DNA of 64,000 nt, taken from the NCBI RefSeq assembly GCF_006345805.1, contig NC_042999.1, positions 140,864,001 to 140,928,000 on the forward strand, given 5' to 3'. Below are positions 63,326 to 64,000 of this stretch, piece by piece (positions within the stretch are counted from its first letter, which is position 1; each line of letters opens with the position of its first letter). Made by a program: the position numbers and the translations under genes. The notes under the pieces were generated by a model. That model was not told where the DNA came from. It did no database searches and saw only the letters and a program-made list of their open reading frames with translations. Source of the DNA: Octopus sinensis (taxonomy: Eukaryota).

Positions 63326-64000
63326 AAGTTCAGATCCCACTAAAGTGACTGCTTTTTATTATTCCAAGATCAACAAAATATAATACCAGTCAAGCACTGG
63401 ATCAATATAATTTACTATTCTCTCTTTCATAATTCCTGGTACACTGCTTATATTATAAATCAATATTAAAATTTACAAATTTCCCAAGATAAAATTACAA
63501 GATAAAAATTATACCAGTGTCTAGGTTACAAAGAAAATGCAGGTTATATTTGGAAGTAGCTTTTAATTTCATATTTATGAAAAGAGCAGACTTATCGTAG
63601 CTATTGGTCATTGGGAAGATGGCTAATAGTTTGTAAATTAGAACACTTAGTAAAGAGAAAATTAACATTTATTTTGGTAGTGAATATGTAATTTCTCAAC
63701 AGAGAAATTCAGAGTTACTATATCTGTGGTAATTGTATCAAATGCTAGTCCTTATTTTGTTACCAGTTCCTAATGATTTCTCCCTTGACTAAACCAATTA
63801 TACATATAGTTTCTTTTATTGCTAAAATATTATCTATAGACATTCATTACATTTGACTGCATTGTTTCAGTTTGCATTTTAGCCCTTAAAATGTGAAACT
63901 AAATTTCTCATTTGTTGTCTTTAATAATTGTAGACTGCTTTGTTGCGCGAAATTTTTATTTTAATTAATTAGTGCTGATCAAATTTATAGAACCATGTGG

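Overview
AT-rich eukaryotic DNA. The repeat families suggest an octopod cephalopod (inference from recalled repeat sequences, not a database result). Only one protein-coding segment is recognisable: coding exon 1 of DCP1 (mRNA-decapping enzyme subunit 1) at 43304-43579 (+). It has an unusual ~48-aa Ser/Thr/Ala-rich N-terminal extension, and I found no exon 2 in the remaining ~20 kb. A weak candidate first exon of a divergent minus-strand gene lies at 40503-40524. Much of the rest is nested transposon debris: several tRNA-derived SINE families; RTE, R4/Dong-type, CR1-group and Penelope-like retroelement remnants; mariner, Tigger-like, hAT, piggyBac-like and Merlin-like (GG..CC ends, 8-bp TSD) DNA elements; and micro/minisatellites. 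Nearly all ORFs in the supplied track are microsatellite or TE artefacts. The most striking structure is in DCP1 intron 1 (51616-52061): a head-to-head inverted dimer of a tRNA-headed element whose body folds as a minimal type I hammerhead ribozyme of the kind known from Penelope-like elements, with one copy in the pre-mRNA sense orientation. Other notable items are a 24-bp fold-back built from the target site at an RTE 5' junction, a SINE trimer under one TSD, RTE 3' UTR minisatellites, and sharp CpG-rich and CpG-poor domains.
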